Source of the DNA: an uncultured delta proteobacterium
Lineage (GTDB): Bacteria; Myxococcota; B64-G9
Direction of reading: 5' to 3'
Assembly (NCBI GenBank): GCA_963754925.1
Contig: CAVWHX010000004.1
Coordinates: 555,883 to 619,882 of the forward strand
DNA: 64,000 nt
How positions within the stretch are numbered: the first letter of the stretch is position 1; each line of letters opens with the position of its first letter. Below the pieces are notes generated by a model. That model did no database searches. It was not told where the DNA came from and worked only from the letters and a program-made list of their open reading frames with translations. A program made the position numbers and the translations under genes. Below are positions 10,435 through 19,835 of this stretch, one piece after another.

Positions 10435-11015
10435 TGCGCCGTTGCCTCCTCGAGCTCAGAAGCCCGCTGTACCATTTTAGAAAAACCCTCCATGTCTTTC
10501 AGGGTGTGCGCCATAATCGGCATGCGTCCCTTGAGAAACATGCGCAATCCCAATCCCGATTGCTTGATCATCTGTAGCGGGTGCTTGAACATCATGTACT
10601 TCATCAGCAGCTGCAGCTCCTGAGCACGGCCGTACTTCTTAACCAGATCGGTAAAGAGCTGGGCAAAGCGAATGGCGTCGGAATCCGGCGGAGAGATGCC
10701 CTCCTTGGCAGCCATGCGCTTGAGCGCGTAATTGATTTCGGTAATCTTGATCTCGGCCGGACACTTCACCGTGCACTCATAGCAGGATGAACAAACCCAC
10801 GGGGTAAGGCTTTCGAGCACTTCCTTCTTCATCCCGGCTCTGATCATCGCAAACAGGTGACGGGGGGTATGGGGCAGGAGCGCGGCGATCGGACACGTTC
10901 CGCTGCACGTCCCGCACTGAAGACAGGAGCGCAGGCGCTCACCCTCAGGCAACGCCGCGACCTGATCCATAAATTTGGTGTCTTGCCTACCTTCAAATAT
11001 GACGTCGGCTGTCAT
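10431..11015 (-). CDS. hdrC: heterodisulfide reductase subunit C (2x[4Fe-4S])
   Basis: CLQCGTCSGTCP and CSSCYECTVKCP; ATGA overlap with hdrB; GGAGG RBS. Confidence 0.9.
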   Translation of the reverse strand: MTADVIFEGRQDTKFMDQVAALPEGERLRSCLQCGTCSGTCPIAALLPHTPRHLFAMIRAGMKKEVLESLTPWVCSSCYECTVKCPAEIKITEINYALKRMAAKEGISPPDSDAIRFAQLFTDLVKKYGRAQELQLLMKYMMFKHPLQMIKQSGLGLRMFLKGRMPIMAHTLKDMEGFSKMVQRASELEEATAQ

Positions 11016-11081
11016 GAATGTGTTCCTCCTGGTGCAGTAGCTTATCAATTGATGATATCACGTAGTTCCCGTTTACACACG

Positions 11082-12704
11082 TTATGCCGCGGTCATTTCG
11101 TCAAGGATGTGTTCTGCGAGAGCCTGTGTCGTCAGATCCTCGAAGGCTAGCGGGACTTCACCGCTATTTGGCTGAACCGCCACGGTCACAACTTTCTTTC
11201 CTGCTTCGCCCGCGGCTTTGACCATGTCCGAAGCTGCATTGCGTACCATGCTGCCCGGGATGCGGCCGATGTTGTCGGTCAGGATGAGCACCACGCGGTT
11301 GTTGGCAGCGGCCTCGCGCCGAATTTCCATCGGCGATATGGTGTCAAAACCAAGGGTGACGCGAATGGGGTACGACGCTTCGAGAATCGCTCGCACCAAA
11401 CGCTGCCCGAGGCCCTGGTACTCCAACATCTTGCCGCCTGATACTAGCAACGCGACCGTATGGCCGAGGCGGTTGGTGATGCGGATCTTGCGCACCCAGC
11501 GCGGCAGTCCAGAAAGCGGTGCGGTGCGGAGCGTCTCGGCGGTCTGGGGCTGGAAGGCATCGTGCAGTATGTCAAGGATCTCGTTGTCGGCAAACGGCTC
11601 AACAGCGTAGAAAAAGATCTTCCGTGAACGATACGCGCCTTCGAGGTTGCCTCCGGTGGCGCCAACGACGATGATCTTTACCGCAGGGGCGGCGTTGTTG
11701 ACCTGGTCAACCATCTCGGGCCCGCGCTCGCCAAAAGCGGCTGCATCAAGAATCAGGGTGCGGGCCTGGCTATCGCGCAACGCGCCGAGCACGCCATCAA
11801 TAGTCGTTGCCGGATGCACCTGAACCCCGAGGTAGGCCAGTTGATTACGTTGCTCTTTAGCTTTGACCGCGTTGGCGTTGGCCAATACCACGTGGCGGGT
11901 CTTAGCGTACTTCATATCTTCGGAAAGATTCTCAGGCCGGACTCTAACCAACCAGCCTTCATGGCACGGATTGGCAAAAGCTTTACCCGGCGTCGTGGCA
12001 AGGGCGGTGTTGACCTCGACCACCTCGCCGCTGACCACCGCGGGGATGGAACGTCCCGGCTTACCGGTGCTCTTAATGGCCGCTAGTGGTAATCCCCGGT
12101 AGACCGTCTCGCCGATCTTGGGTAGTTTCACTGACTCCAGCTCGTTGCTCTCTTCGCTTGAGATGAAAGCGCCAAGACGCACCGAGCCGTCTTGGCCAAG
12201 CTGCACCCAACCGTGGTTAAGGAACCGATACTCATCGCTGAGCGGGCTCCAGGTCCCGGTGCCGGGAACAACACCAGGGGTTGTCACACTAACTGCTTTG
12301 GCAGCCGGCGCAGTAGTGCTAACGGCAGTGGCTTCCGCCGTCAACCGCTTGACCGCATCAGAGATTTCGGCCGGGGTGAAGGGCTTGGGAATGTAGTCGA
12401 CGGCTCCCAGCCGCATGGCCGCGGCGGCGTCCTGGATGCTCGAGTAACCGGTGATCATGATGATCGGGGCCTTGCGGTTGGTATTCCGGAATTGATGTAA
12501 AAACTCAAGGCCATCCATATCCGGCATCTTGACGTCAAGCAAGATGGCGGAGTAGTCATTGCCAGTAGCCAACTTTAGGCCCTCGCGGGAATCGGTCGTT
12601 GTCTCGACCTTATACCCTTGACCTTCGAAAATTCTCTGGCAGCTCTGGCACACAACCGGTTCATCATCAATTACCAAGAGTTTTGGTTGGGCATTGGCTT
12701 CCAT
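11082..12704 (-). CDS. response regulator fused to a glycine-cleavage-H-like domain and a second, degenerate receiver-like domain
   Basis: Receiver: LVIDDE, LLDVKMP, ITG, YIPKPF. GcvH-like: HGWV..DG.VRLG, LPKIG, VSGEVVEVN..L...P....NP..EGW. Further alpha/beta domain with LILDA. Confidence 0.8.
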   Translation of the reverse strand: MEANAQPKLLVIDDEPVVCQSCQRIFEGQGYKVETTTDSREGLKLATGNDYSAILLDVKMPDMDGLEFLHQFRNTNRKAPIIMITGYSSIQDAAAAMRLGAVDYIPKPFTPAEISDAVKRLTAEATAVSTTAPAAKAVSVTTPGVVPGTGTWSPLSDEYRFLNHGWVQLGQDGSVRLGAFISSEESNELESVKLPKIGETVYRGLPLAAIKSTGKPGRSIPAVVSGEVVEVNTALATTPGKAFANPCHEGWLVRVRPENLSEDMKYAKTRHVVLANANAVKAKEQRNQLAYLGVQVHPATTIDGVLGALRDSQARTLILDAAAFGERGPEMVDQVNNAAPAVKIIVVGATGGNLEGAYRSRKIFFYAVEPFADNEILDILHDAFQPQTAETLRTAPLSGLPRWVRKIRITNRLGHTVALLVSGGKMLEYQGLGQRLVRAILEASYPIRVTLGFDTISPMEIRREAAANNRVVLILTDNIGRIPGSMVRNAASDMVKAAGEAGKKVVTVAVQPNSGEVPLAFEDLTTQALAEHILDEMTAA

Positions 12705-12746
12705 GGTATGTTCCTTTCGTGGTTACGTTCCTCGATACTTATCTAT

Positions 12747-12763
12747 AGCATCGCTCATGCCAA
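12747..12763 (-). promoter_or_regulatory. putative sigma54 (-24/-12) promoter of the regulator-hdrCBA operon
   Basis: Minus strand TTGGCATGAGCGATGCT fits TGGCA-N7-TGC with correct spacing, about 40 nt above the start codon; AT-rich tract further upstream. Confidence 0.65.
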
Positions 12764-13174
12764 CGCTTGATATCTTGACCAAGACGCTGAATATCAAGTG
12801 TATTATCGTTATCATGTTGATTCTGATGTCAATCTTAATTAAGATCGATTTTTGAGTCAAAAATTAATAATAATACTTATATATCAATATATTATACTAA
12901 TAATTATATTTTCAGGTGGTGTATAGTAAAACTATACATTGTATGAATCGTGTTTAAAATTGGAAATGATGATTTCTTGATTGATAAGTCGATTTAATTT
13001 ATTGTTATTGAGCGGATACGGTTTTTCCGGGGGCGAGCGGAAGGAAAGCTCGGCATAAGCTCATCGGGTCTCCTTCTGATTGACATCACCTCGATCGAGG
13101 TTTAAATTAGACAAATAAGATCCAGCGCATGGTTATAACCACAGCGCGACGCTGGATATAAGGAAGGAGTAACC

Positions 13175-13399
13175 GTGCCAATTTACGAATATACTTGCAA
13201 AAAATGTAAACACGATTTTGAGGTATTGCTTCTATCCAGCGATCAAAAAGTCATGTGTCCAAAGTGCAACGCCAAAAACCTAAAGAAACATTTTTCGGTC
13301 TTTGCTCATAAAAGCGATTTTGGCTTCACCCCGAGTACGGGCGGAGGATCCGCCTGCGGTAGTTGCAGTTCGTCAAACTGCTCGGGTTGTAAGGTATAA
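13175..13399 (+). CDS. FmdB-family zinc-ribbon regulatory protein
   Basis: MPIYEYTCKKC..FE...CPKC, Cys-rich tail CGSCSSSNCSGC; AGGAAGGAG RBS. Confidence 0.88.
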   Translation: MPIYEYTCKKCKHDFEVLLLSSDQKVMCPKCNAKNLKKHFSVFAHKSDFGFTPSTGGGSACGSCSSSNCSGCKV

Positions 13400-13727
13400 T
13401 CGCTTACGCCATAAGAGTATCAACAGCATTCCCAGCCACAGTACCGGATCAAAGGAATAGGTTTGTTCGCACGCACAACCGCCATTTGTTCCGCTCAATT
13501 CCGTCAATTCTGAGTATCGATTACTGCTACCAGTACCCCCAAGTCGGAATACCCAAAAGCGTCCCGGGCCTGAGGCAGGCGGTAAGCACCAAACTCAACA
13601 CAACCATCAAGCGAACAATGCGCATGGTGTCCCTCATAATGGTACAGAGCGTGCTGATTAAGCAAAACGAGGTATGAAGACTCATTTGCCTTGATTTGGT
13701 CCGGCGGTACGGTATTATCACCGCGCC

Positions 13728-14495
13728 ATGCAAACCTTCTCAAACATAGAAAAATGGGTGCTACGGGTGCTTGCCGAGTTAGGCGATTTCATGATTACCT
13801 CCGGCTTCGTTCTCATGGCATGCTTTACCCCTCCGTGGCGAATTTGGTTGATCGTTCAGCAGATGGAGTTCATCGGCGTGGGGTCGCTTCTTATCATCAT
13901 ACTGATGAGTATGTTCGCCGGCGGCGTTTTTACCCTTCAAACCGTCTACGCCCTATCGATGTTCAGTATGGAAAGCATGGTTGGCGCCACGGTCGCCTTG
14001 GCTTTGACCCGCGAGCTCTCGCCGGTCTTGAGTTCATTGATGATAACCGGCCGGGCGGGTTCTGCCATGGCAACTGAGCTTGGCACCATGCGGGTCACCG
14101 AGCAAATCGATGCGCTTGAATCCATGGCGGTCAATCCGCTTCAGTACTTAGTGGTCCCCCGGTTCATCGCATCGTTGATCATGTTCCCCGTCCTGACCAT
14201 GGTGTCCAATTTAGTGGGCATGGTCGGATCATATGTTGTCGGCGTCATAATGTGGGGGATTGATCCGGGCAATTTTATAGAAAGGGTCAGGTGGTATGTT
14301 ACCGCTCATGACATTTTTTCTGGGCTGATAAAATCGGTTGTTTTTGGAGGGGTTGTGACACTGGTGAGTTGTTTTAAGGGTTATCGAGCAGCCGGTGGAG
14401 CACGCGGTGTTGGGACTGCCACCACTCAGGCAGTTGTAATCAGTTCGGTCAGTATCATGATTATAGATTACTTTCTAACCGTGCTGATGTTTTAA
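13728..14495 (+). CDS. mlaE: MlaE-family ABC transporter permease
   Basis: IGVGSL, RELSPVL, GRAGSAMATELGTMRVTEQIDALESMAVNP, GGARGVGTATTQAVV. Confidence 0.9.
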   Translation: MQTFSNIEKWVLRVLAELGDFMITSGFVLMACFTPPWRIWLIVQQMEFIGVGSLLIIILMSMFAGGVFTLQTVYALSMFSMESMVGATVALALTRELSPVLSSLMITGRAGSAMATELGTMRVTEQIDALESMAVNPLQYLVVPRFIASLIMFPVLTMVSNLVGMVGSYVVGVIMWGIDPGNFIERVRWYVTAHDIFSGLIKSVVFGGVVTLVSCFKGYRAAGGARGVGTATTQAVVISSVSIMIIDYFLTVLMF

Positions 14496-14913
14496 CATCC
14501 AACCGATTTTGCTAGCTTCGTGGCAGGAGAAACATGATTAGTCCAAGAAGCGGTAGTAAAGCACCCATCAGTATGATCGGCAACGAGATAGGGACAACCT
14601 TTCGAGGAAACTTTAACTAAAGCGGTCTTACCGGCCGCCCACCCAACGAAGCACAGATACATTAAGGAGTAGAAAAAAAAGATTGATACTATGATCATCT
14701 GGGATGACTGTGGCATCGTTGTTATTCTCGCTCACGGTTGCTCTTGATTTTCATGAGGAGCCTTTTACGGTATTTTGTGATGTTGATCGATACTCACTTA
14801 AGCGATACATTCTCCTACGAATTAAAGACCTTGTCAATTGTTACATTGTCTGAGGTATTTAAAGTTGTTTTTACTAATACCTTCATATGGTTGCACATAC
14901 AGGAGCTCATTTA

Positions 14914-15430
14914 ATGCCTTACCAACAACCATCGAACCATGCCCCGGTAGCGTTGGTGTTGGTTACGCCCGAGATTCCGGCCAACACCGGCAATATAGTA
15001 CGTCTGTGCGCGGCGGCAGCCGTGCCGCTGCATCTGGTCGAACCATTGGGGTTTTCCCTGAGCGACCGCCTGGTTAAAAAGGGCCGGCCTGGATTACTGG
15101 CGTCACTGTCAGTTGACGACACACCTCACCTTCGAGTCGCTGGAGGATCAACACCCGCAAACACGCTTTTTCTTTCTTTCGGCTCGGGCCGAGCGCTCAA
15201 TTTATGAGTTAGCTCTGCGTTGGGGTGATTTTTTGGTGCTTGGCCCCGAAGCGCAGGGACTGTCAAGCCGCTTCTTGTCGCAACGCAACCGGAGGAAAAA
15301 CCTGGTCGGTATCCCCATGCCCGGCAATGTTCGCAGCCTAAATCTATCCACTGCCGCCGGGATTGTGGTGTACGAAGCGCTCCGCCAGCTTGGAGCGTTG
15401 GAGAAAACACATGCCCATCCTCACGGTTGA
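14914..15430 (+). pseudogene. trmL: tRNA (cytidine(34)-2'-O)-methyltransferase TrmL, frameshifted as written
   Basis: PEIPANTGNIVRLCA...LGFSL in one frame; RAGLDYW...GPEAQGL...IPM..VRSLNLSTAAGIVVYEALRQ in the +1 frame; removing one A from the A5 run at 15076-15080 restores LVKRAGLDYW. Confidence 0.8.
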
Positions 15431-16395
15431 CCATAATGCAGACGGGTTGAGGCTCGACAAGTTCCTGCGCACGGTTTTGCGAGGAATGCCGCTCAGCCAC
15501 ATCTACAAGCTTCTCCGCACCCGGAAGGTGCGGGTCAACGGTAGACGCGCAAAGGCCGACCGGGTGCTGGCCGACGGCGATCGGGTGCTTCTGCACATGA
15601 GCACGGATCAGTTTACTCAAGATACGCGCCGACCCAAGCGCGTTTCTCGGAATGGACTTCGGCGTTATGTATGAAGACGAGCACCTGTTGGTCGTAGCCA
15701 AGCCGCCCTTCCTCCCGGTCCACCCCGGAGCCGGGCATGAAGGAAATTCGTTGATTGACCAGGTGCACGCCTATCTTGAGGTGAAGAACACTCCCGGGGG
15801 GTTTCGGCCGGCGCTTGCCCACCGTCTCGATCGCGATACTTCGGGTCTGCTGTTGATAGGCAAGAGCGCCGTGGCGCTGCGCCGACTCAATCGAATGCTA
15901 CACACCGGAGAGATTGCGAAATACTATCTCGCTCTGGTGATGGGCGCGCCACAGCCGATGTCTGGGCAGTGGGAACTTGAGGTCATGCGCCGCGACCGAC
16001 CGGGGTTTGCCCGTGACGAGCCCCGTGGACGCAAGGATAAACCCGGCCGTACCGCGTACCGAGTGGCCACCGAACGCCACATCAAAGACCGTGCACAGGG
16101 TACCCTCGCGGTCAGCCTCTTGGTGCTGCACCTACTTACCGGAAGGACCCATCAAATACGCAGCCATCTTTTCCAAGTCGGCCACCCCGTAGCCGGAGAT
16201 CCGCGCTACGGCGATAGCGATTTCAACCTTTTGATGTCAGAAAAATACAACCTCCACCGTCAGTTCCTACATGCTTTCAAACTTGAGCTTACGCACCCGG
16301 TAACTGGTGGGAAGCTGCAGCTGGTGGCGCCCTACCCTGCCGATCTTGAGCCCATTACTTCTAAACTAAAGCTCGGAATTCCGGCAGCGTCTTAG
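15411..16395 (+). pseudogene. RluA/RluC-family pseudouridine synthase with S4 domain, split by a frameshift
   Basis: S4 domain (RLDKFL, IYKLLR..KVRVNG) ends at 15674; catalytic domain (YEDEHLLVVAKP, HRLDRDTSG, TGRTHQIR, GDPRYG, FLHA) is in the +1 frame from 15652. Confidence 0.8.
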
Positions 16396-16460
16396 CAACA
16401 TAACCGATTTGCTCTTACAATTATGTAATAGACCATTTCAGCTAATACAACGATTTTGTT

Positions 16461-17555
16461 TCACACCATCTGAAAGTGATAATCTACTTCCACTAGACAC
16501 CCTTTAGTTCCAGGCCGAAACGAGTCAGTTTGCCGACCAGTTATATTGCTTTCCTCTTGATGAATCAGCTTGACCTTTCGTTGCGAAAAAATACTTGTTG
16601 CATGCAGCCCTTTACCCATCCTTGCTGGTGAAAGCCCTTTCCCACCTAATCGTATTACTATGCTCGCCTTCTTAGTAAGCACCTGACCTAGAACTCGCCA
16701 CATATCCGATATCAAATCCCAATATTTTTCTACGCACTCATGCCTGTCGTCTTTGGAAACAAGCCCATAAGTTGGATAAGGCATCCCTCCGAGAAACCAA
16801 AGACGAAGCCATTGATCCTCCTCGTAGTTCGTTACATTCAGATATGGTGGCGATGTCACCGCACATCGAATTGGCCTATCGAATGCTTCCGTTTTTCGGG
16901 GTAGCTCCCGCATATCGGTCAGAAGTACCACGCCTCGTTTTTTTGGTGGTTCGCTCTCGAATCGGAAGGCGGCACGCTTTCTAATTATGTCGAAGGAATC
17001 TCGTTCCGGCGCTGTTAGACCTTTCTCCTCCCAATATTTGATAGAGTATGCCGGCTTTGTGCTTATAGTGCGTGGCATTTGATTGCTTAGGTAGGCATTG
17101 GATTTCTGACTTTCCCCGTGGAGAGAACCAAGCACTAGAGCGGCGATGAAGCAATCTACTTCAGACCGACGCCAGTTTAATGATTCGCGAAGGAAAAGCA
17201 GCTGCCGGAAGGTCCTTGGATGGAAAGCATAATAGAAGAACCTCGGCAGGGCCTTTCTTTGCGGCTCCCATTCGTCGCTCTGGAAACGCTTTTCGAGGAT
17301 CGTGATTCTTCTTCGAATATCTGTCAGAGAAGGAGGGGTTACCTTGGCCTTCGTAATGCAATATGCTACGGGGTTTATATCACAAGCAATGGCCTCACGG
17401 TTCATAAGTAACGCTTGGAAAGGCGTGGTGCCGCGACCACAAAAAAGATCGAGGACCATCTCTCCAGGTTTTGTTAAAATACCAATCCATTTTTCAGCAA
17501 ATGACTCCGGAAACATCGCAAAATACGGACAAATAGAGTGGAACCTATGGCGCAT
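16461..17555 (-). CDS. amino (N4-C/N6-A) DNA methyltransferase, alpha-type motif order
   Basis: SAM motif VLDLFCGRGTT followed by DINP, catalytic VTSPPY downstream; N-terminal PYFAMFP. Confidence 0.85.
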   Translation of the reverse strand: MRHRFHSICPYFAMFPESFAEKWIGILTKPGEMVLDLFCGRGTTPFQALLMNREAIACDINPVAYCITKAKVTPPSLTDIRRRITILEKRFQSDEWEPQRKALPRFFYYAFHPRTFRQLLFLRESLNWRRSEVDCFIAALVLGSLHGESQKSNAYLSNQMPRTISTKPAYSIKYWEEKGLTAPERDSFDIIRKRAAFRFESEPPKKRGVVLLTDMRELPRKTEAFDRPIRCAVTSPPYLNVTNYEEDQWLRLWFLGGMPYPTYGLVSKDDRHECVEKYWDLISDMWRVLGQVLTKKASIVIRLGGKGLSPARMGKGLHATSIFSQRKVKLIHQEESNITGRQTDSFRPGTKGCLVEVDYHFQMV

Positions 17556-17556
17556 T

Positions 17557-18519
17557 CTAGGTCTCTCTAATCTTCTTAAGAATATAGTTAGACCACGTCA
17601 CCCACTTTTTCGAAAGGGACCTATCTTCTTCGAAGACTAGTGCTGCAATACGGCACCGATCGAAAAGAATACCGCCATGCACGCATGTTTGAAACCAGTT
17701 CTTTTTATCTACCCTGTGCGGAACAAAAAAAGCTCGAACAGGCCACACGCTTGGTCTATCTGCCATCCATAATGTGCACCAATCCGTAGTCTGCGGTAAT
17801 TCAGTCACTTTGCGATCCCAGTTATGTCCAGTGGCACACTGGCCAAAAGCGATCAGTTTGCCCTGCCGTCGGTCCTCAAATTCACGCCAGGCAACTACAT
17901 CAAGTTTTCCATCCTTTTGATCGGGAAGCTTGGGGCGACCTGTGTGGTGTCCTTTACCTTCACCCATATGACTGCAAAGCTGGTTAAGCGCCGCCGCAAA
18001 TCCTTTAGGTTCAAGTCTGCGCGGGAATCCGAAAACTATTGATCGCACTCTCGGGCTAGGCCCCCCAAGGTATGCTTCAGCTGCTTTGGCGCATATCTCT
18101 TCGAAAATTTTCTCACCATCCAAGTCGTTCGGACCTACATCCTTACCGAACCATGAAAGCAGCGCCAGGAAGGTGTAAAGGCTCTTTTCCGGGTCCTTAT
18201 GGTAAGCGACTGTACTCTCGCTTATGATAAAAGGATATCGGCTAGCATCACAACCACAGGACCTGTTTCGGTCATCCAATTCAGCAAAAGCGCCTTCTGC
18301 TAGTGCTTCCTGTCCAGGATCACCCTCTTCTGGCTCTTTTTTGTCTTTGTCTTTGTCTTCGCCTTCTACTTCCTCACTAGCACAAGCAAGGTTGAGTTCA
18401 CGCATATACTCGTAAATTGAAAAGCTACCCGCCGGACTTCGAAGTGCTGATAGTTCAAGGAAATCTGCGTGGTCTTCCACTGGGTCTGCTGCTGAAGGCA
18501 AGGTATCTACTTCTATCAT
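17557..18519 (-). CDS. putative restriction-endonuclease-fold (PD-(D/E)xK variant) protein
   Basis: FEEICA helix, KDGKLDVVAW and FGQCATG motifs resemble the D...QxK-type REase core; tightly coupled to the MTase (1-nt gap). Confidence 0.6.
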   Translation of the reverse strand: MIEVDTLPSAADPVEDHADFLELSALRSPAGSFSIYEYMRELNLACASEEVEGEDKDKDKKEPEEGDPGQEALAEGAFAELDDRNRSCGCDASRYPFIISESTVAYHKDPEKSLYTFLALLSWFGKDVGPNDLDGEKIFEEICAKAAEAYLGGPSPRVRSIVFGFPRRLEPKGFAAALNQLCSHMGEGKGHHTGRPKLPDQKDGKLDVVAWREFEDRRQGKLIAFGQCATGHNWDRKVTELPQTTDWCTLWMADRPSVWPVRAFFVPHRVDKKNWFQTCVHGGILFDRCRIAALVFEEDRSLSKKWVTWSNYILKKIRET

Positions 18520-18527
18520 TACAGACT

Positions 18528-19661
18528 TTACCCCTTGGACTTGTGTTTCTCTGAGGCCTTGTTTTCAGCCATCTCTCTCATTTCTTCATAGATCTTACCC
18601 GCAATTTGGTTGATATCTTTGGCTTTCTGAAGCAAATCCGAGTCGCCCCGGTAACCAGTAATAATCACTCCTCTGGCCTCTTTGAGTTTCTGCTCGGCCA
18701 GGACCATTGCTTCCCGCAGAAGCCGTTCATCTCCTCGACTTGCCTTCAATGAGGTTTCTAATGGTAATCCTGCACGGAGCGCTGCGATTCCGTTATGGCT
18801 CCGAATGACCTCGTCGAGATGTCGAAGATCCGGATTCTGCGTGCGAACGACAGGCTCCTTCTCCTGCTTCTTGCTACCGTAAAGCCACAAACATAGCTCG
18901 CCAAGGTTGCTCAACTTGCTCTTGGGCACAGGGTCAGGTTTGTATCCCTCTTCCGATTTTAGTCCCAGAAACTCCTGAATCCCTCCGTAACCAAGACCAG
19001 TCCAGAAATGAGAATAGGCAAAACGGGTGTTCCACCTGTCGTCACGATCGAAGACACCAGTCTTCTCTGCTTGTTCTAGTACCATGAGTCCTCGGTAAAG
19101 CCTTGTCACCGTGTCATGACGATCGCCAATTGTGTATGCGATTTTTTTAAGGGGCACTTTGTAATCGTTGTGGACTCTCGCAATGTATTTTGCTTTGGCA
19201 ATGGAGTCCCAATCTTGCGGACCATTGACATGCTTGAATCCGATGTACTGCCAAACGTCCTGGCGACTACACTTGATGACCGGAAGCTCCTTAAGTTTAT
19301 CTAATTCTGCTTTGTTCAGGTCTGGTATGCCCACCGCACCTATCCTTGAACGGAGGCCTTTTTCGTTGATTAGGAGCATCACTGCGGCTAAGCGCCTGTT
19401 ACCCTCAACCACAACAAGTCTCCCACCTTCATTGACGGCAAATAATTCCTCGTGCGGCCAATAGCCATTTGTGGCAATCGAGTCCACAAGTTCATTGACC
19501 GCACGTTCCTTCCACAGGACCCGTAAAATATCAGCTTGTTGGTCAATAGAAAGCGACAATCCAGCCATTCTGGGATTAGTTGGGTCGAGATAGAGATCAG
19601 CAGTTTTCACTGGCTCTGCTTGGGGAAAGGCTTGAGGCTTCCCGTTGCCTTTTTTTACCAT
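18528..19661 (-). CDS. ParB/sulfiredoxin-fold N-terminal domain protein
   Basis: LYLDPTNPR, ELVDSIATNG, VVVEGNRRLAA motifs; helical C-terminal region. Confidence 0.75.
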   Translation of the reverse strand: MVKKGNGKPQAFPQAEPVKTADLYLDPTNPRMAGLSLSIDQQADILRVLWKERAVNELVDSIATNGYWPHEELFAVNEGGRLVVVEGNRRLAAVMLLINEKGLRSRIGAVGIPDLNKAELDKLKELPVIKCSRQDVWQYIGFKHVNGPQDWDSIAKAKYIARVHNDYKVPLKKIAYTIGDRHDTVTRLYRGLMVLEQAEKTGVFDRDDRWNTRFAYSHFWTGLGYGGIQEFLGLKSEEGYKPDPVPKSKLSNLGELCLWLYGSKKQEKEPVVRTQNPDLRHLDEVIRSHNGIAALRAGLPLETSLKASRGDERLLREAMVLAEQKLKEARGVIITGYRGDSDLLQKAKDINQIAGKIYEEMREMAENKASEKHKSKG

Positions 19662-19835
19662 ATAATAATTCCTTATCCTAAAGAACTAGTCCTTGGCCAC
19701 ATGAACTCAATTACGTTAGCTGCTTCATCTTGTTTAATATTCAATAGACCACTCACCAATAACTATGTCAACTGAATGCTTCCAGCACAAGATAGCACAT
19801 CTGATACGATCCATTGAACGGGTACACACCTGCGT

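Noticed and set aside
12120-12150. ESVK string in the GcvH-like domain as the lipoyl site
   Set aside because: It aligns with the IVFVELP strand, not the lipoyl hairpin; coincidental
12780-13010. Very AT-rich tract as an origin or foreign DNA
   Set aside because: Lies in a divergent promoter region above a sigma54 site; no DnaA-box cluster or iterons seen; similar tracts precede other genes (about 52310-52600, 54300-54500, 58040-58090)
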